From positions 730,648 through 794,647 of the forward strand of contig KV454016.1 of the NCBI GenBank assembly GCA_001661245.1: 64,000 nucleotides of DNA. The letters run 5' to 3'. This DNA is from Pachysolen tannophilus NRRL Y-2460. Lineage: Eukaryota. The notes below the pieces were generated by a model that saw nothing but the letters and a program-made list of their open reading frames with translations, was not told where the DNA came from and did not search any database. This document shows positions 1 to 11,233 of the stretch, piece by piece (position 1 is the stretch's first letter; each line of letters begins with the position of its first letter). The position numbers and the translations under genes were made by a program.

Positions 1-69
1 AAATACATTTTGTAGCGTTCATCTTTTATTTTAATTTTATCTTATCTTATTTTAATTGATAAGATAGCG

Positions 70-2178
70 ATGGCAGTATGGGAACAGCTATCTGTCGATA
101 AAGCACATGTAGCTTATGCTATTATTGGATTTTTCGCAACTTTATTTGCAATTGTATCATTATTTTTAAAAGAGAAGTTATTCATTGGTGAACTGACTGT
201 TTCCACTGTTGTAGGCATTATTACAGGTCCCAAAGTATTGAATTGGTTTTCACCTAGTTCATGGACAAGTAATTCTAAATATTTGACTCAAGAGGTTTCG
301 AGGATTATATTAATTATTCAGCTTTTTGCTGTTAGTGTTGAATTACCAAAGAAATATTTAAAGCATCATTTTAGATCTGTTGCTTTATGTTTATTTTTCG
401 CCATGACATTTGGTTGGTTAATTACAGCGTTATTTATCTTTATTATATTCAATAAGAATTTGAATTTTAATGATGCGTTGTTGATAAGTGCTTGTATTAC
501 GGCAACTGATCCTGTATTAGCTGCCGCTATAGTTGGTAAGGGAAAATTTGGTCAAAGAATACCTGCTCATATTAGAAATTTGTTATCTGCCGAAAGTGGT
601 GCTAATGATGGGATGGCATTTCCCTTTGTATTATTATCAACAAACTTGGTTGTAAGATATGGTCATCCAGGAGAAATTATAAAAGATTGGATTTGTGTTA
701 GCATATTGTATGAAGTTGTCTTTGGTATATTATTGGGATGTATTATTGGAATTGTTGGTAGAAAATTAATCAAATTTTGTGAAAAGAAAAATTTAATTGA
801 TAGAGAATCTTTTCTTTGTTTTTATATCTTACTTTCGCTTATGTGTACAGGTTTTGGATCAATTTTAGGAGTTGATGATTTATTGGTTTCTTTTGCTGCT
901 GGAACAGCATTTGCATGGGATGGTTGGTTTCAAAGACAAACTGAAGAAAGTAATTTATCAAATATCATTGATATCTTGTTAAACATGGTTTATTTTCTTT
1001 ATTTTGGTTCAATAGTTCCTTGGGATTATTTCAATGATGCTAGTTTAAATTTGGAGATTTGGAGATTGATATTATTAGGAATTGTAGTTATATTTTTAAG
1101 AAGAATTCCTATTTTTCTTATGTTAAAACCATTTACTCCTGATTTAAGAACATGGAAAGAAGCCTTTTTTTGTGGTCATTTTGGTCCTATTGGAGTAGGT
1201 GCAGTATTTTGTTCAATGGTTGCTACTAGTTCTGTTGAAAAAATATACTTGAAAACCCAAACAATACTTCCGGTAGGTTCAATTGATAATGATGTTTCTT
1301 CTACTATTCCTCATTCTTATTTATTAACAGTTCTTTGGCCAATTGTTTCATTTTTAGTTATGACTTCTATTATTATTCATGGGAGTTCAGTGACAGCTAT
1401 GGTCTTATGCAGTAATGTTAAAAAGATGAATTTTACTATCAGAAACCCTCAAGAAAGTAGTTCTTCTTCAGAAGATGAAGAAGAAAGTGAAAGACAAGTA
1501 TCTGTACCAAATCAAGAAACCCACGGTGAACGTAAAGATCATAATAATAAATTGACCAAAAGGATTAATAATAATACAATGCATTTAACAAGTTTTGCTT
1601 CCAGTTCTAAAAATGACCTGAAACCCAGTGAAGAGATTGAATTAGAAGCTATTCCAATCACTTATGACGAAAATGGGAAAATTAGGAAACCTGAAGTGGT
1701 ATTCATTCAAGGAAACCACTCCATAGTTGAAGACAATAACGGTGAAGTTATAGATGAGTTTATTTATAATCACCACCATAATAACCAACAAGATCAGAGG
1801 AATCATGATTATGATGATGATTCTCCAACTTTTAGGCAAAAGATTTACAAATTTTTCACTAGAACTGATAGCTTTCCTAATTATAATATCAATATTGATG
1901 AAAAAAATAAAAAACAAAACCCTTCATTATCTTTCGATAAACAGACTTTAAACGTATATCAAGTTAACAATGAAATCTATATAGAAAATGACGACGGTAA
2001 GATCATCAGAAAATACATTATTGACGAGCAAGATAAACTGAATCAAGATATAGAAACAGGTCAAAGCAGTTCATTAAGACCAACGAGAAATCTGTTTAAT
2101 AACCATAATAATAGTGAGTTCGATGAACTGGAAATCAGAGAGAAATTAAATAAAGTCATAACTTCAAAATCCAACTAG
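70..2178 (+). CDS. NHA1: Plasma-membrane Na+(K+)/H+ antiporter (CPA1 family)
   Basis: 702 aa. N-terminus MAVWEQLSVDKAHVAY, motifs ATDPVLA, ESGANDGMAFPF, GVDDLL, GHFGPIGVGA, IIHGSSV; hydrophilic C-terminal tail. Confidence 0.93.
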   Translation: MAVWEQLSVDKAHVAYAIIGFFATLFAIVSLFLKEKLFIGELTVSTVVGIITGPKVLNWFSPSSWTSNSKYLTQEVSRIILIIQLFAVSVELPKKYLKHHFRSVALCLFFAMTFGWLITALFIFIIFNKNLNFNDALLISACITATDPVLAAAIVGKGKFGQRIPAHIRNLLSAESGANDGMAFPFVLLSTNLVVRYGHPGEIIKDWICVSILYEVVFGILLGCIIGIVGRKLIKFCEKKNLIDRESFLCFYILLSLMCTGFGSILGVDDLLVSFAAGTAFAWDGWFQRQTEESNLSNIIDILLNMVYFLYFGSIVPWDYFNDASLNLEIWRLILLGIVVIFLRRIPIFLMLKPFTPDLRTWKEAFFCGHFGPIGVGAVFCSMVATSSVEKIYLKTQTILPVGSIDNDVSSTIPHSYLLTVLWPIVSFLVMTSIIIHGSSVTAMVLCSNVKKMNFTIRNPQESSSSSEDEEESERQVSVPNQETHGERKDHNNKLTKRINNNTMHLTSFASSSKNDLKPSEEIELEAIPITYDENGKIRKPEVVFIQGNHSIVEDNNGEVIDEFIYNHHHNNQQDQRNHDYDDDSPTFRQKIYKFFTRTDSFPNYNINIDEKNKKQNPSLSFDKQTLNVYQVNNEIYIENDDGKIIRKYIIDEQDKLNQDIETGQSSSLRPTRNLFNNHNNSEFDELEIREKLNKVITSKSN

Positions 2179-2486
2179 ACGCTCGACCAAGTATCATACT
2201 GTTATATATATTAGTTATAGGCACAGAAGGATCCATATATAGACATCTTTTACATCTTTTACATCTTTTATAATGACAATATAATTCTTTGAAACTGCTT
2301 AAAAAATGCTGAAATTTTTCAATTAAATTTTTTTCTCGTTTAATTTTTCAATTTTTCAATTTTTCAATTTTTCACGATGGTTCAAAGAGAAGAGTCATCA
2401 TCATTACCTTATTTTAATTATAGAATTTGTTTGATTTCGAATATAATACAACGATTAGTTGTAATTGAATAGGAAGAGCAATTAAA

Positions 2487-4072
2487 ATGTTTTCAAGATC
2501 GTTTCGTTCTACCGTTCCTTCTGTTGTTAGAGCATCTTGGCCTTTAAAAGTATGTTTTAATTCTAGCGTTTTGTTTTCTTTTTTTTTTTGGTCTTTGGTT
2601 TTTGGTTTTTGATGGATTTATACTAACCGTTACAATTACTATTTTTTTTATTTTAACAGAGAACTTATGCTCTTTCTCCAAAAGCTCAGGCTTTGATATC
2701 CAAAAATGTTCAAGAGGTTGATCCTGAAATGGCTGAAATTCTTTCCAAGGAAAGAAATAGACAAAAGACTTCAGTGACTTTGATTCCTTCAGAAAATTTT
2801 ACCTCAAGGGCAGTTATGGATTTATTAGGTTCTGAAATGCAAAACAAGTACTCAGAAGGTTATCCAGGGGAAAGATATTATGGTGGTAATGAATTCATTG
2901 ATCAAGCCGAGAAATTATGTCAGAAGAGAGCTTTGGAAGCTTTCAGGTTAGATCCAAAAGAATGGGGTGTCAATGTTCAATCTTTATCAGGTGCACCAGC
3001 AAATTTGTATACTTATTCTGCAATTTTAGAAGTAGGTGAAAGATTGATGGGTCTTGATTTACCTCATGGTGGACATTTATCACATGGTTATCAAACAGCA
3101 ACTACCAAAATTTCTTATGTCTCGAAATATTTCCAAACAATGCCGTATAGATTGGATGAATCAACAGGATTAATCGATTATGAAATGTTGGAAAAAACAG
3201 CAGAATTATTCAGACCTAAAATCATTGTTGCTGGTGCTTCTGCTTATGCAAGAGTTATTGATTATGCCAGAATGAAGAAAATAGCTGAAAAGGTTGGAGC
3301 TTATTTAATGTCAGATATGGCTCATATTTCTGGTTTAGTTGCAGCTAATGTTACCGAATCACCATTCCCATATTCGGATATTGTTACCACTACGACACAT
3401 AAATCGTTAAGAGGGCCAAGAGGTGCAATGATTTTTTATAGAAAGGGTATCAGAAAAGTTACAAAGAAAGGTAAAGAAATACCATACGAATTAGAGAAGA
3501 AGATAAATTTTTCTGTCTTCCCAGCTCATCAAGGTGGACCACATAACCATACTATTTCAGCTTTGGCTGTTGCTTTGAAACAGGCAATGACCTCTGAATT
3601 TGTTGAATACCAACAAAATATTATACAAAACGCTAAAGCATTTGCAAAGTCCTTAAATGAAAAGAAATTTGATTTAGTCTCAAATGGTACTGATACCCAT
3701 TTAATATTAATTGATTTGAGATCAAAGGGAATTGACGGTGCCAGAGTAGAAGCTGTCTTGGAAAGAATCAATATTGCTGCTAACAAAAATACAGTTCCAG
3801 GAGATAAGTCTGCATTGTTTCCTTCTGGATTAAGAGTTGGTACACCAGCAATGACAACAAGAGGTTTCTTGGCTCCTGAATTTGAACAAGTTTCTTCTTA
3901 CATTGAACAAGCTGTTGATATTGCACTTGAGTTAAAGGCAAAAGAAGAAGGTAGCACCCCTAAAGATAAGTTGTCAAATTTCAAAAAACAAGCCGATGAA
4001 AGTGAAAAAGTCAAACAATTAGCAAAAGAAGTAGCAACATGGGTTTCTACTTTCCCAGTTCCTGGAGAGTAA
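2487..4072 (+). CDS. SHM1: Mitochondrial serine hydroxymethyltransferase, two exons (2487-2549, 2660-4072), ~491 aa
   Basis: SHMT motifs [29 protein letters not shown] (PLP lysine). Exon 1 [21 protein letters not shown] is presequence-like. Intron has GTATGT at 2550, TACTAAC at 2621, CAG ending 2659; the splice is in frame with the ORF-track protein. Confidence 0.95.
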
Positions 4073-4257
4073 TTGACTAGTGCATATACTTATATCTACT
4101 GTCTGTCTTATTTTTTTTTTTTGTTAACAGCAAATAAAGATTGATACTATATTTTAAGAATATCTACAAAACTTTTTTTAAAGAAGTAAGAAATTACAAA
4201 CTTTTCTTTATGCTAATATATAATGTTCTTTATTTACAGGTAATTTTTTTTAATAAA

Positions 4258-6657
4258 TTAACTAGCCGATTTTGGATGATAATATGCCCCAGCATTTCTC
4301 TTCAATTTATACGAATTTTCTTGCAAGACTTCTCTGATAGTTTCCTTACAAGTTTCATCCCCAAGTTTCTCAGCTGCGACAAAGGTTGACCTTAAGTGAA
4401 GCCATTTCCAGTTAAACGAAGATTTTGTAGACAATATAATCTTTCTGGCATCTTCTAGCAATCCTAATTCAGCAAAAGTAGAAATTATGTATTGTGCGAA
4501 TTCAAAATCTTTCAGATATTTCTCATCGGCTGATAACGATTTATAATTAAGTGTGTTACGGAATTTTCCTCTTTCAACCCAGATTTTGTTGGCAAACTCT
4601 ATGTCTTTGAAAAATTTTGCAGCGTCTATCGCTAAGTTGTAAATATCATGGGTTCTTGGGAATTTTAATGAGATTGAATTACCAATTCTAATCAGTGGAG
4701 GTTGTTCTTTGAGCTCTTCAAAAGTAGAGGTATTATATATTTCCTCTTCATTTTCTATTATCACATGTTTTCCTTCTTCCTTCTGAAGCCCAGTTTCATC
4801 CAAATACGTTACATTTTCAAATCTTTTCTTGAACTCTGATATAGATTCACCTTTTCTTGCAGATATAAACAAGAAACTTCCGATAACTCTCTTATTTATC
4901 ACATCAGGCGATTTCATCAAATTATAAGCCCAGATCGCATTTGATTCGGCAAGAATTGCTTTGTCGTTCTTAATTTCTTCCATTGGTAAAAATGGCGGAG
5001 CATTTGAATCAAAATTATAGTTTGTAGAGTTAATAGTTCTCTTCCTCAATAATTGAATCTGGGGATGCCTTAAAGTGACCGGATCACGATCAACTTTAAA
5101 CCTAGCATAAGCAACAAATAACAAAGTCAATGGTGTAGATCCGGGATTCGAAAGTTTCTTATTTTCTGAATCCCATCTTGCTTCAAACAAAGTATTATAT
5201 AATGCCCTAGTGAACGTCAAGTCGCCATCATAAGCAGCTAAATACATCATGCTCTCAATAACTTGTGAATTTAGAGGGTGATTTTTTTCATGATATTCAA
5301 ATATGAATTCCCAACCTTTCAAAAGCAATTCTTCTCTTTTTGCGCAACCCTTAGCTAAAACTAACAATGTCAATCCTGTAGGAATCAACGGTTTGGGATG
5401 ATTAGTGACCATCTCATCATAAAGATCCAAAGCTTTTTCAATGTTATCATTTAGCACATGAGCAATAACTATCGACTGATAAGCTTTTGAATCAGGTTGT
5501 GTAGATAAAGATTGGAACTTCATAGTGTCAAAAATTTCAACTGCTTCTTTATAATCATTTAATTTAACACAAATTTGCAAAATATTAGTATATATTTTCA
5601 AAGTTGGCAGGATCTTGTAAACTAATTTCATTTCTTGAAGCATTTTATTTATACTCTTAATATCATTTCTTTTCCCAAAAGATTTAATCAAGTTTCCAAA
5701 AGTATAAACTGTTGGTTGAAAATTATGTTGTTTCATCTCTTGGAAAAAAGAATCCACCAATAATCCATATTTCAGGTCGTTTGAATATGAACTTATAAAT
5801 AAATCATACAAATATCTATCTTTTTCAATATTGGCTTGAAAAAGCATTTCATCGATTAGTTCCATATTTTTAGGTTTTTGACGGTTGGGTATATTCTGTA
5901 TTAATCTTGTAACTTCAAATTGATCAAAACCTTTAAATCCATTTTTATTATAATACAAATCTTTTATAACTGATTCCCAGTCTTCAAACTCCACTGTATT
6001 AACATGAGATATGCTATCCCCAATTCTCTTTATAACTTTCTCAGGTAAAAAAATTTGTTTTTCAGTTGTTTTTAAACCTGAAAACAATGATTTTTTCTTT
6101 TCTTCTGACATTATCTCATTTGTTTTCTTTTTCTCTTTTAATGATAATATGCCTTGAGCTTCTAAAAGAAACTTTTCGTTTCTTTCTTCTTTTTTATTCT
6201 CATCTAGTAAAAGATCATTGACTAAATTATCCACATCATCTTCTAAAAACCTATCATCACTAGATATAATGTCCAATTCTTTCTCGATTTGTTTTCTCTT
6301 TGTGAGTTCATTTTGTTGTAAAATTTCCTTTGTTAGCCTCTCTTTTAAATTCTCCAACTCTTTAAGTTTGCGGCCTAGTTCTGCTTCTTCTTGTTTCAGT
6401 TTTCTTTCCCTTTCTCTTTTCAACCATATACTAGCAGCTGTTTCTCTTGGTTGAGGTTTCTCATCATGTATTTCAGAAACTTCCTTTTCCAAAAATAACG
6501 ATGCCGGTCTCTTTTTATATGAAGAGTTGTATTTTCTTCTAACATTAACAATATTCCTCGCTAGTATCAAGTTAACCGCTCGTAATCTATTGCCACTGTT
6601 CAATATTCGAAATAAATTTTGGTTATGTCCAACATTAAGATAAGACATCTCAATCAT
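4258..6657 (-). CDS. CCM1: Mitochondrial pentatricopeptide-repeat (PPR) RNA-binding protein, Ccm1-like
   Basis: 799 aa. Basic N-terminal presequence; PPR-type repeats (PTVYTFGNLIKSFG, PTLKIYTNILQICV, PDSKAYQSIVIAH); C-terminal WVERGKFR segment as remembered from yeast Ccm1. Confidence 0.75.
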   Translation of the reverse strand: MIEMSYLNVGHNQNLFRILNSGNRLRAVNLILARNIVNVRRKYNSSYKKRPASLFLEKEVSEIHDEKPQPRETAASIWLKRERERKLKQEEAELGRKLKELENLKERLTKEILQQNELTKRKQIEKELDIISSDDRFLEDDVDNLVNDLLLDENKKEERNEKFLLEAQGILSLKEKKKTNEIMSEEKKKSLFSGLKTTEKQIFLPEKVIKRIGDSISHVNTVEFEDWESVIKDLYYNKNGFKGFDQFEVTRLIQNIPNRQKPKNMELIDEMLFQANIEKDRYLYDLFISSYSNDLKYGLLVDSFFQEMKQHNFQPTVYTFGNLIKSFGKRNDIKSINKMLQEMKLVYKILPTLKIYTNILQICVKLNDYKEAVEIFDTMKFQSLSTQPDSKAYQSIVIAHVLNDNIEKALDLYDEMVTNHPKPLIPTGLTLLVLAKGCAKREELLLKGWEFIFEYHEKNHPLNSQVIESMMYLAAYDGDLTFTRALYNTLFEARWDSENKKLSNPGSTPLTLLFVAYARFKVDRDPVTLRHPQIQLLRKRTINSTNYNFDSNAPPFLPMEEIKNDKAILAESNAIWAYNLMKSPDVINKRVIGSFLFISARKGESISEFKKRFENVTYLDETGLQKEEGKHVIIENEEEIYNTSTFEELKEQPPLIRIGNSISLKFPRTHDIYNLAIDAAKFFKDIEFANKIWVERGKFRNTLNYKSLSADEKYLKDFEFAQYIISTFAELGLLEDARKIILSTKSSFNWKWLHLRSTFVAAEKLGDETCKETIREVLQENSYKLKRNAGAYYHPKSAS

Positions 6658-7052
6658 ACTTTCGAGCGCATACGAATATATTTCTCAACCCAAATACACA
6701 AACGATAAGAAGAGGTTAAATAAACCAAAAAAAAATAAACCAAAAAAAAAAAAAAAATCAATAAAGTCTCTATATACAAGTCACTTGGATTTTATTTATC
6801 TGATCAGTTTTACGCCCTTATTAATGATCCAAATTCTTATAGTTCTATTATTATAAAAGTTTTATCTTCTGTTGTCAATAGAATCTGAAAAGTTTTGATT
6901 TAAACTCATCTCTTTACATTAAAAAAAATTTTCAAAATTGCCCTCTTTGGGAAATTGTGGTTTTTATACACGCCAAAAATTATCTATCTACATAGAATCG
7001 ACAACGACAACCGACAACCGACAGCCGACGACGAAGATGACGATGAAGGAGT

Positions 7053-8567
7053 TTATTGCTTGTCCTCTTTGCCGCACACTTCGGAATCAAATATGTACAA
7101 ATGATCAACAACTCTTTGATCAGCGTTCAAATCGGCGACCCATAAACTTTGTTTCTCGTGACCTTGTTCTACCCATTTCTTTGGCCAGTCAGTCTCTTCT
7201 TCTTTACACAAGTCAACATCTTTCAAATCCATTGGTCTCTTGCATTCATAGATAACTGAGGAAATCTCCTTGCAGTATTCTTGTGTCTGATATCTTTTTT
7301 GGAAAAATCTTTTAATTCTTTCAGGGGTGTTTAAGAATCCCAATAAATTATATGATCTCACTACTAATATTGGTTGTTGGAAATATGCTGGCTCATTCTT
7401 GAAATTTTTAAGTTGTACTGAGAGATCTAGTTCTGGGGCTAATTCAGCGGAAGCATATTGAGATGGAGTTATATAAGGTTTTGGTATAGGTGAAATTTTT
7501 TTCTCGTCTTCATCATTTTTTTCTTTTTCAATTTCCTTTTCAATCTTAGAAGGAGTAGCAATATCTGAGTCCAGTATTTCCGTGGGTACTTCTTCAATTT
7601 TTGCTGTCGTCTTAATTTGAGGTTCTTCCAAAGGTCCCAATAATCCTTCGTGTAAACCAGTTAAATATTCTTTATAAGCACCTCTCCCAATACATATTAC
7701 ACCACCGGCATCCTGAGGCCTAGAAACAAGTTCATCCTCACCAACAATCCCACCATGGACATCTTGCTCTATATTCATTTTTTTAGAAAAGACTCCTAAA
7801 AGATCTCTTGGTGTTAATATTGTAGATAATTTAGCAATAGGTTCAAGTGTTTCATGATCGTATACTGGTGGACCAGAACTTTTAATGTTATCAGACCAAT
7901 GAAATACAGAAGTTGGTTTTATAAATGATTCATCTTTTTGAGTTGCATCAAGAGCTGTAATAGCTTTCTCTTGAGGCAATTTCAGGTTCCCTCCTTGTCT
8001 TGCCAAATATTCCTTTCTCAATTGTCTAATATCTTGAGCAACTTTATACCTAATATCACCTTGTCTTTCTTCAGTGAAAACTTCAAAATCAACAGCAGCT
8101 GAATTTATAATAGGCTTTAAATATTTTCTAAAAATCCTCAAACTTTCCTCCAAATAATCTGATGGTGGTGGTGCAATGAAAATAGTTAATTTTCTTGGAA
8201 TTCTATCTATATCAAAAGGTTTCCCTGTAGCACCTACTTGAGAATCAAGTGAAATTTTTGTCATGTACTCTTCTCTAATTTTCTTTTGTTGATGTTTATC
8301 ATAAAGAATCGCACCACCCACTAATGAAAGTGTAGCCCAAAATATAGACCAATTACGAGATGGAAGCTTCAAACGCGGAAGTCCCATTGCCTCAAATGCT
8401 GGATTTGTATAACCCAAGTTTGCTTTCTTCAAAGGCTCTTGTAATTTTGGAGCGCTATTTAAAGATGATGATGCTGATTTGGAATCCAACGCTTTGGAAT
8501 CCAACTTTTTGGAATCCGCATCAATTTTCCCAGCTTTATCTGAATCCTTTGAAGAGGTTTCCGACAT
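7053..8567 (-). CDS. TIM54: TIM22 complex subunit Tim54 (likely start MSETSSK at 8567; frame open to 8636)
   Basis: GYTNPAFEAMGLPRLKLPSRNWSIFW, APPPSDYLE, GGVICIGRGAYKEYLTGLHEGLLGPLE, EETDWPKKW. Confidence 0.93.
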   Translation of the reverse strand: MSETSSKDSDKAGKIDADSKKLDSKALDSKSASSSLNSAPKLQEPLKKANLGYTNPAFEAMGLPRLKLPSRNWSIFWATLSLVGGAILYDKHQQKKIREEYMTKISLDSQVGATGKPFDIDRIPRKLTIFIAPPPSDYLEESLRIFRKYLKPIINSAAVDFEVFTEERQGDIRYKVAQDIRQLRKEYLARQGGNLKLPQEKAITALDATQKDESFIKPTSVFHWSDNIKSSGPPVYDHETLEPIAKLSTILTPRDLLGVFSKKMNIEQDVHGGIVGEDELVSRPQDAGGVICIGRGAYKEYLTGLHEGLLGPLEEPQIKTTAKIEEVPTEILDSDIATPSKIEKEIEKEKNDEDEKKISPIPKPYITPSQYASAELAPELDLSVQLKNFKNEPAYFQQPILVVRSYNLLGFLNTPERIKRFFQKRYQTQEYCKEISSVIYECKRPMDLKDVDLCKEEETDWPKKWVEQGHEKQSLWVADLNADQRVVDHLYIFDSEVCGKEDKQ

Positions 8568-8960
8568 TGCTAATATATATAATTCACCACTTCTCAAATT
8601 TATAGATCGGTCTTTTAATCCAATTTTTATGTTCAATTTTTCAAAAATGGCTACAATTTTTATGTGAAGAATTTTTCACTCATATTTAACATAGTTTAAT
8701 TGACTTCAATTACACTACAATGTTTTGAATATTTATAAACAATTATCAATCATTATCGTTATCAAGGTCATCTTAAAAATTGAAAAGAATATAAGATAAA
8801 GTAAATGGTGAATAACATAAAAGAAAAAAAATAAACCATATGTATATGTAAATAATTTATATTAACACTGTAACTAAAGCTGATGTGATTTTTTTTTTTT
8901 GAAACCAATAGGAGCAGAAATACAAATACAAAAATTAAAGCAAAGCAATTGCCGACCTAC

Positions 8961-9008
8961 TAACTGGATAACTGAATAACTGGATAACTGGATAACTGGA
9001 TAACTGAA
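8961..9008 (+). repeat. Tandem 8-bp repeat (TAACTGGA) x~6
   Basis: taactgga taactgaa taactgga taactgga taactgga taactgaa, between PBS2 3' end and TIM54 promoter; followed by an (AAT)n tract at ~9036-9081. Confidence 0.85.
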
Positions 9009-9044
9009 AACTGAAAACAAAAACGATAAAGATAATGATAATAA

Positions 9045-9075
<31 letters not shown>

Positions 9076-9211
9076 AATAATAGTAAAAGAACGTTAAAAG
9101 ACATCAAAAAAAAAAACAACCATATTCCTATTTTCCCAATTTGTGCTGATTCTAGTTTATGATAATATATATTTACATACAACATCAATATGTATTTAAG
9201 TTTCTCTCTCT

Positions 9212-11233
9212 CTACTCCTCTTCCTCATCTTTTATCACATTTGACAAGTACTGTCTCATTGCATTTCTTCCTTGTTCCTCATCATTATATTTCACCAACC
9301 AAGGGTGTTGTAACAATTCTGCATATGTAGGTCTTAAATTTGGGTTTTTCCTTAAACAACATTTGACAAAATCTATTGCTTCTTTAGAAAATCTCTTTGA
9401 ATCCAATGAAGGTGCTTCATCTTCCACAATTTGTTTCAACTGTGAAAAAATATTCTCCGAAACCAATGGATAAGAACCCTTTGCAACTTCTAATAAGGAT
9501 AATCCAAGAGACCAAACATCTGACTGAACGGAATATGATACATCATCAGGGTTCGTTGATTTAATTCTTTCTGGGGCCATATATGATTGACATCCAATGT
9601 TTGTTCTGGCCATTGAAGCAACCAAATTTCCTGATACTCCAAAATCACAAAGTTTAATTTTGCCTTCTTTATTACAAAGTATATTTGTTGGTTTCACATC
9701 TCGATGTATAATGTTTTGATCATCTTTTAATCTTTTCAATCCTTTTATAACACAAATGGTAATATATGCGAGTTGTGGTTCTGGAATACCATCACCATAA
9801 ACCTTATCCAAGGAGCCACAATCCATGTACTCCATACACATGTATACAGCACCTTCAACGAAAAATGCACCATAAAAATCTATTATATATTCGGATTCAC
9901 AATTATGTAAAACTTCCAATTCCATTATAATTTGACGGAATTTTGAATCATCCAATTCTAATCTAACTTCTTTCATTGCCATTATAATATTTGTTGGTTT
10001 ATGTAACACTTTACTAACGGTACCATAATTTCCTCGACCTAATTCTCCTATAAATTCTAATTCATCAATAGATATTCTAAAAGAAGAACCAGATGAAAAA
10101 TCAACACCTTTTGAATGTAAAGATGCTTTACCAGAAAAATTTAAAGATCCAGATTTTATATCAATATATTTTGAATAATTTGTAAATAAACCTTGCAACT
10201 TTTGTGGTTGATGCTGTTGACGTTGAATCAGTTGTTGATTCAACTGACCTCTTCTACCTATTAACTCTGTTACAGATGAAGTTTCCTGTCCTATCCCACT
10301 ATCTGGCGAATCTATAGAGGTTGAAGTAACAGTTTTTGCAGGCTTTTTGTTGAAATCGCCAGTGCCACTGGTGGTACCACCGGTAGTACCACTTGTACCA
10401 CTAGTGCCTGTATTCCCACCGTTACTACCTTCTGTTAGTTCGTTAACATTTAATTTCATACCTCTTCTTTGAGACAACGACGGCCTACTTCTCGGGAGTC
10501 TTGCAGCTGCTTGTGGTGAAACTTTATTTAACATGGGTGATGGTCCCAACGACGGTCCCAATGAGGGTCCCAATGAGGGTCCCAACGACGGAACAGTTGG
10601 AGGTAACCTTAATGGAGGCAGAATAGATGAAGACGAGGACGATGATGACAGCAGTCCCTTTGGTTGTTTCTTTGTCTGTATACTTTTCACTGTTATACGC
10701 TCTTCATCAAATCTATGTGGTCTAGGGGACGATGAGTTGCTACTATTGCAACTACTATCACCACTACTACCACTCTCACTATTGCTTCCATTATTTATAC
10801 AAGTGTTAGCATTAGAGCCACTGGCATCACTTTGCAGATTCAGAGTCTGTACATTTGTTGCTGGCAATGTTTGTAACGTTTGTAATGTTTGTAAGGTTTG
10901 TAACGGTGGTAACGGTGGTAACGGTTTATCTTTAAAAGATTCCGGGCTTTCACAATTGTTATCAATTGGAGTTTGACTTGGGGTGTTTTTATAAGCATTC
11001 GCAGCTTGCCTCTTTTCTTGAAAAGCCAAGACTCTTGCTTGTATATCGGCGCTTAAATTTGGTAAACCATGATATGATGAACCTGAAGAAGTTGATGAAG
11101 CAGACACTATCTGACCTTGTTGATGTTCTTCAGCAGTCTTCTCTGCAATATGAAGCGTTTCAATATTGGGCAAAGTTGAATATTTTTTCCGAAGCGAGTC
11201 TGACGACGTATCATCGTCAAACGACATGATCAA
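9212..11233 (-). CDS. PBS2: HOG-pathway MAP kinase kinase Pbs2
   Basis: Kinase domain GRGNYG, HRDVKPTN, DFGVSGNLVASMARTNIGCQSYMAPE; N-terminal ARVLAFQEKR, Sho1-SH3-binding KPLPPLP, SLSQRRGMKL; low-complexity repeats (LQT)4 and (PSLG)4. Confidence 0.95.
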   Translation of the reverse strand: MIMSFDDDTSSDSLRKKYSTLPNIETLHIAEKTAEEHQQGQIVSASSTSSGSSYHGLPNLSADIQARVLAFQEKRQAANAYKNTPSQTPIDNNCESPESFKDKPLPPLPPLQTLQTLQTLQTLPATNVQTLNLQSDASGSNANTCINNGSNSESGSSGDSSCNSSNSSSPRPHRFDEERITVKSIQTKKQPKGLLSSSSSSSSILPPLRLPPTVPSLGPSLGPSLGPSLGPSPMLNKVSPQAAARLPRSRPSLSQRRGMKLNVNELTEGSNGGNTGTSGTSGTTGGTTSGTGDFNKKPAKTVTSTSIDSPDSGIGQETSSVTELIGRRGQLNQQLIQRQQHQPQKLQGLFTNYSKYIDIKSGSLNFSGKASLHSKGVDFSSGSSFRISIDELEFIGELGRGNYGTVSKVLHKPTNIIMAMKEVRLELDDSKFRQIIMELEVLHNCESEYIIDFYGAFFVEGAVYMCMEYMDCGSLDKVYGDGIPEPQLAYITICVIKGLKRLKDDQNIIHRDVKPTNILCNKEGKIKLCDFGVSGNLVASMARTNIGCQSYMAPERIKSTNPDDVSYSVQSDVWSLGLSLLEVAKGSYPLVSENIFSQLKQIVEDEAPSLDSKRFSKEAIDFVKCCLRKNPNLRPTYAELLQHPWLVKYNDEEQGRNAMRQYLSNVIKDEEEE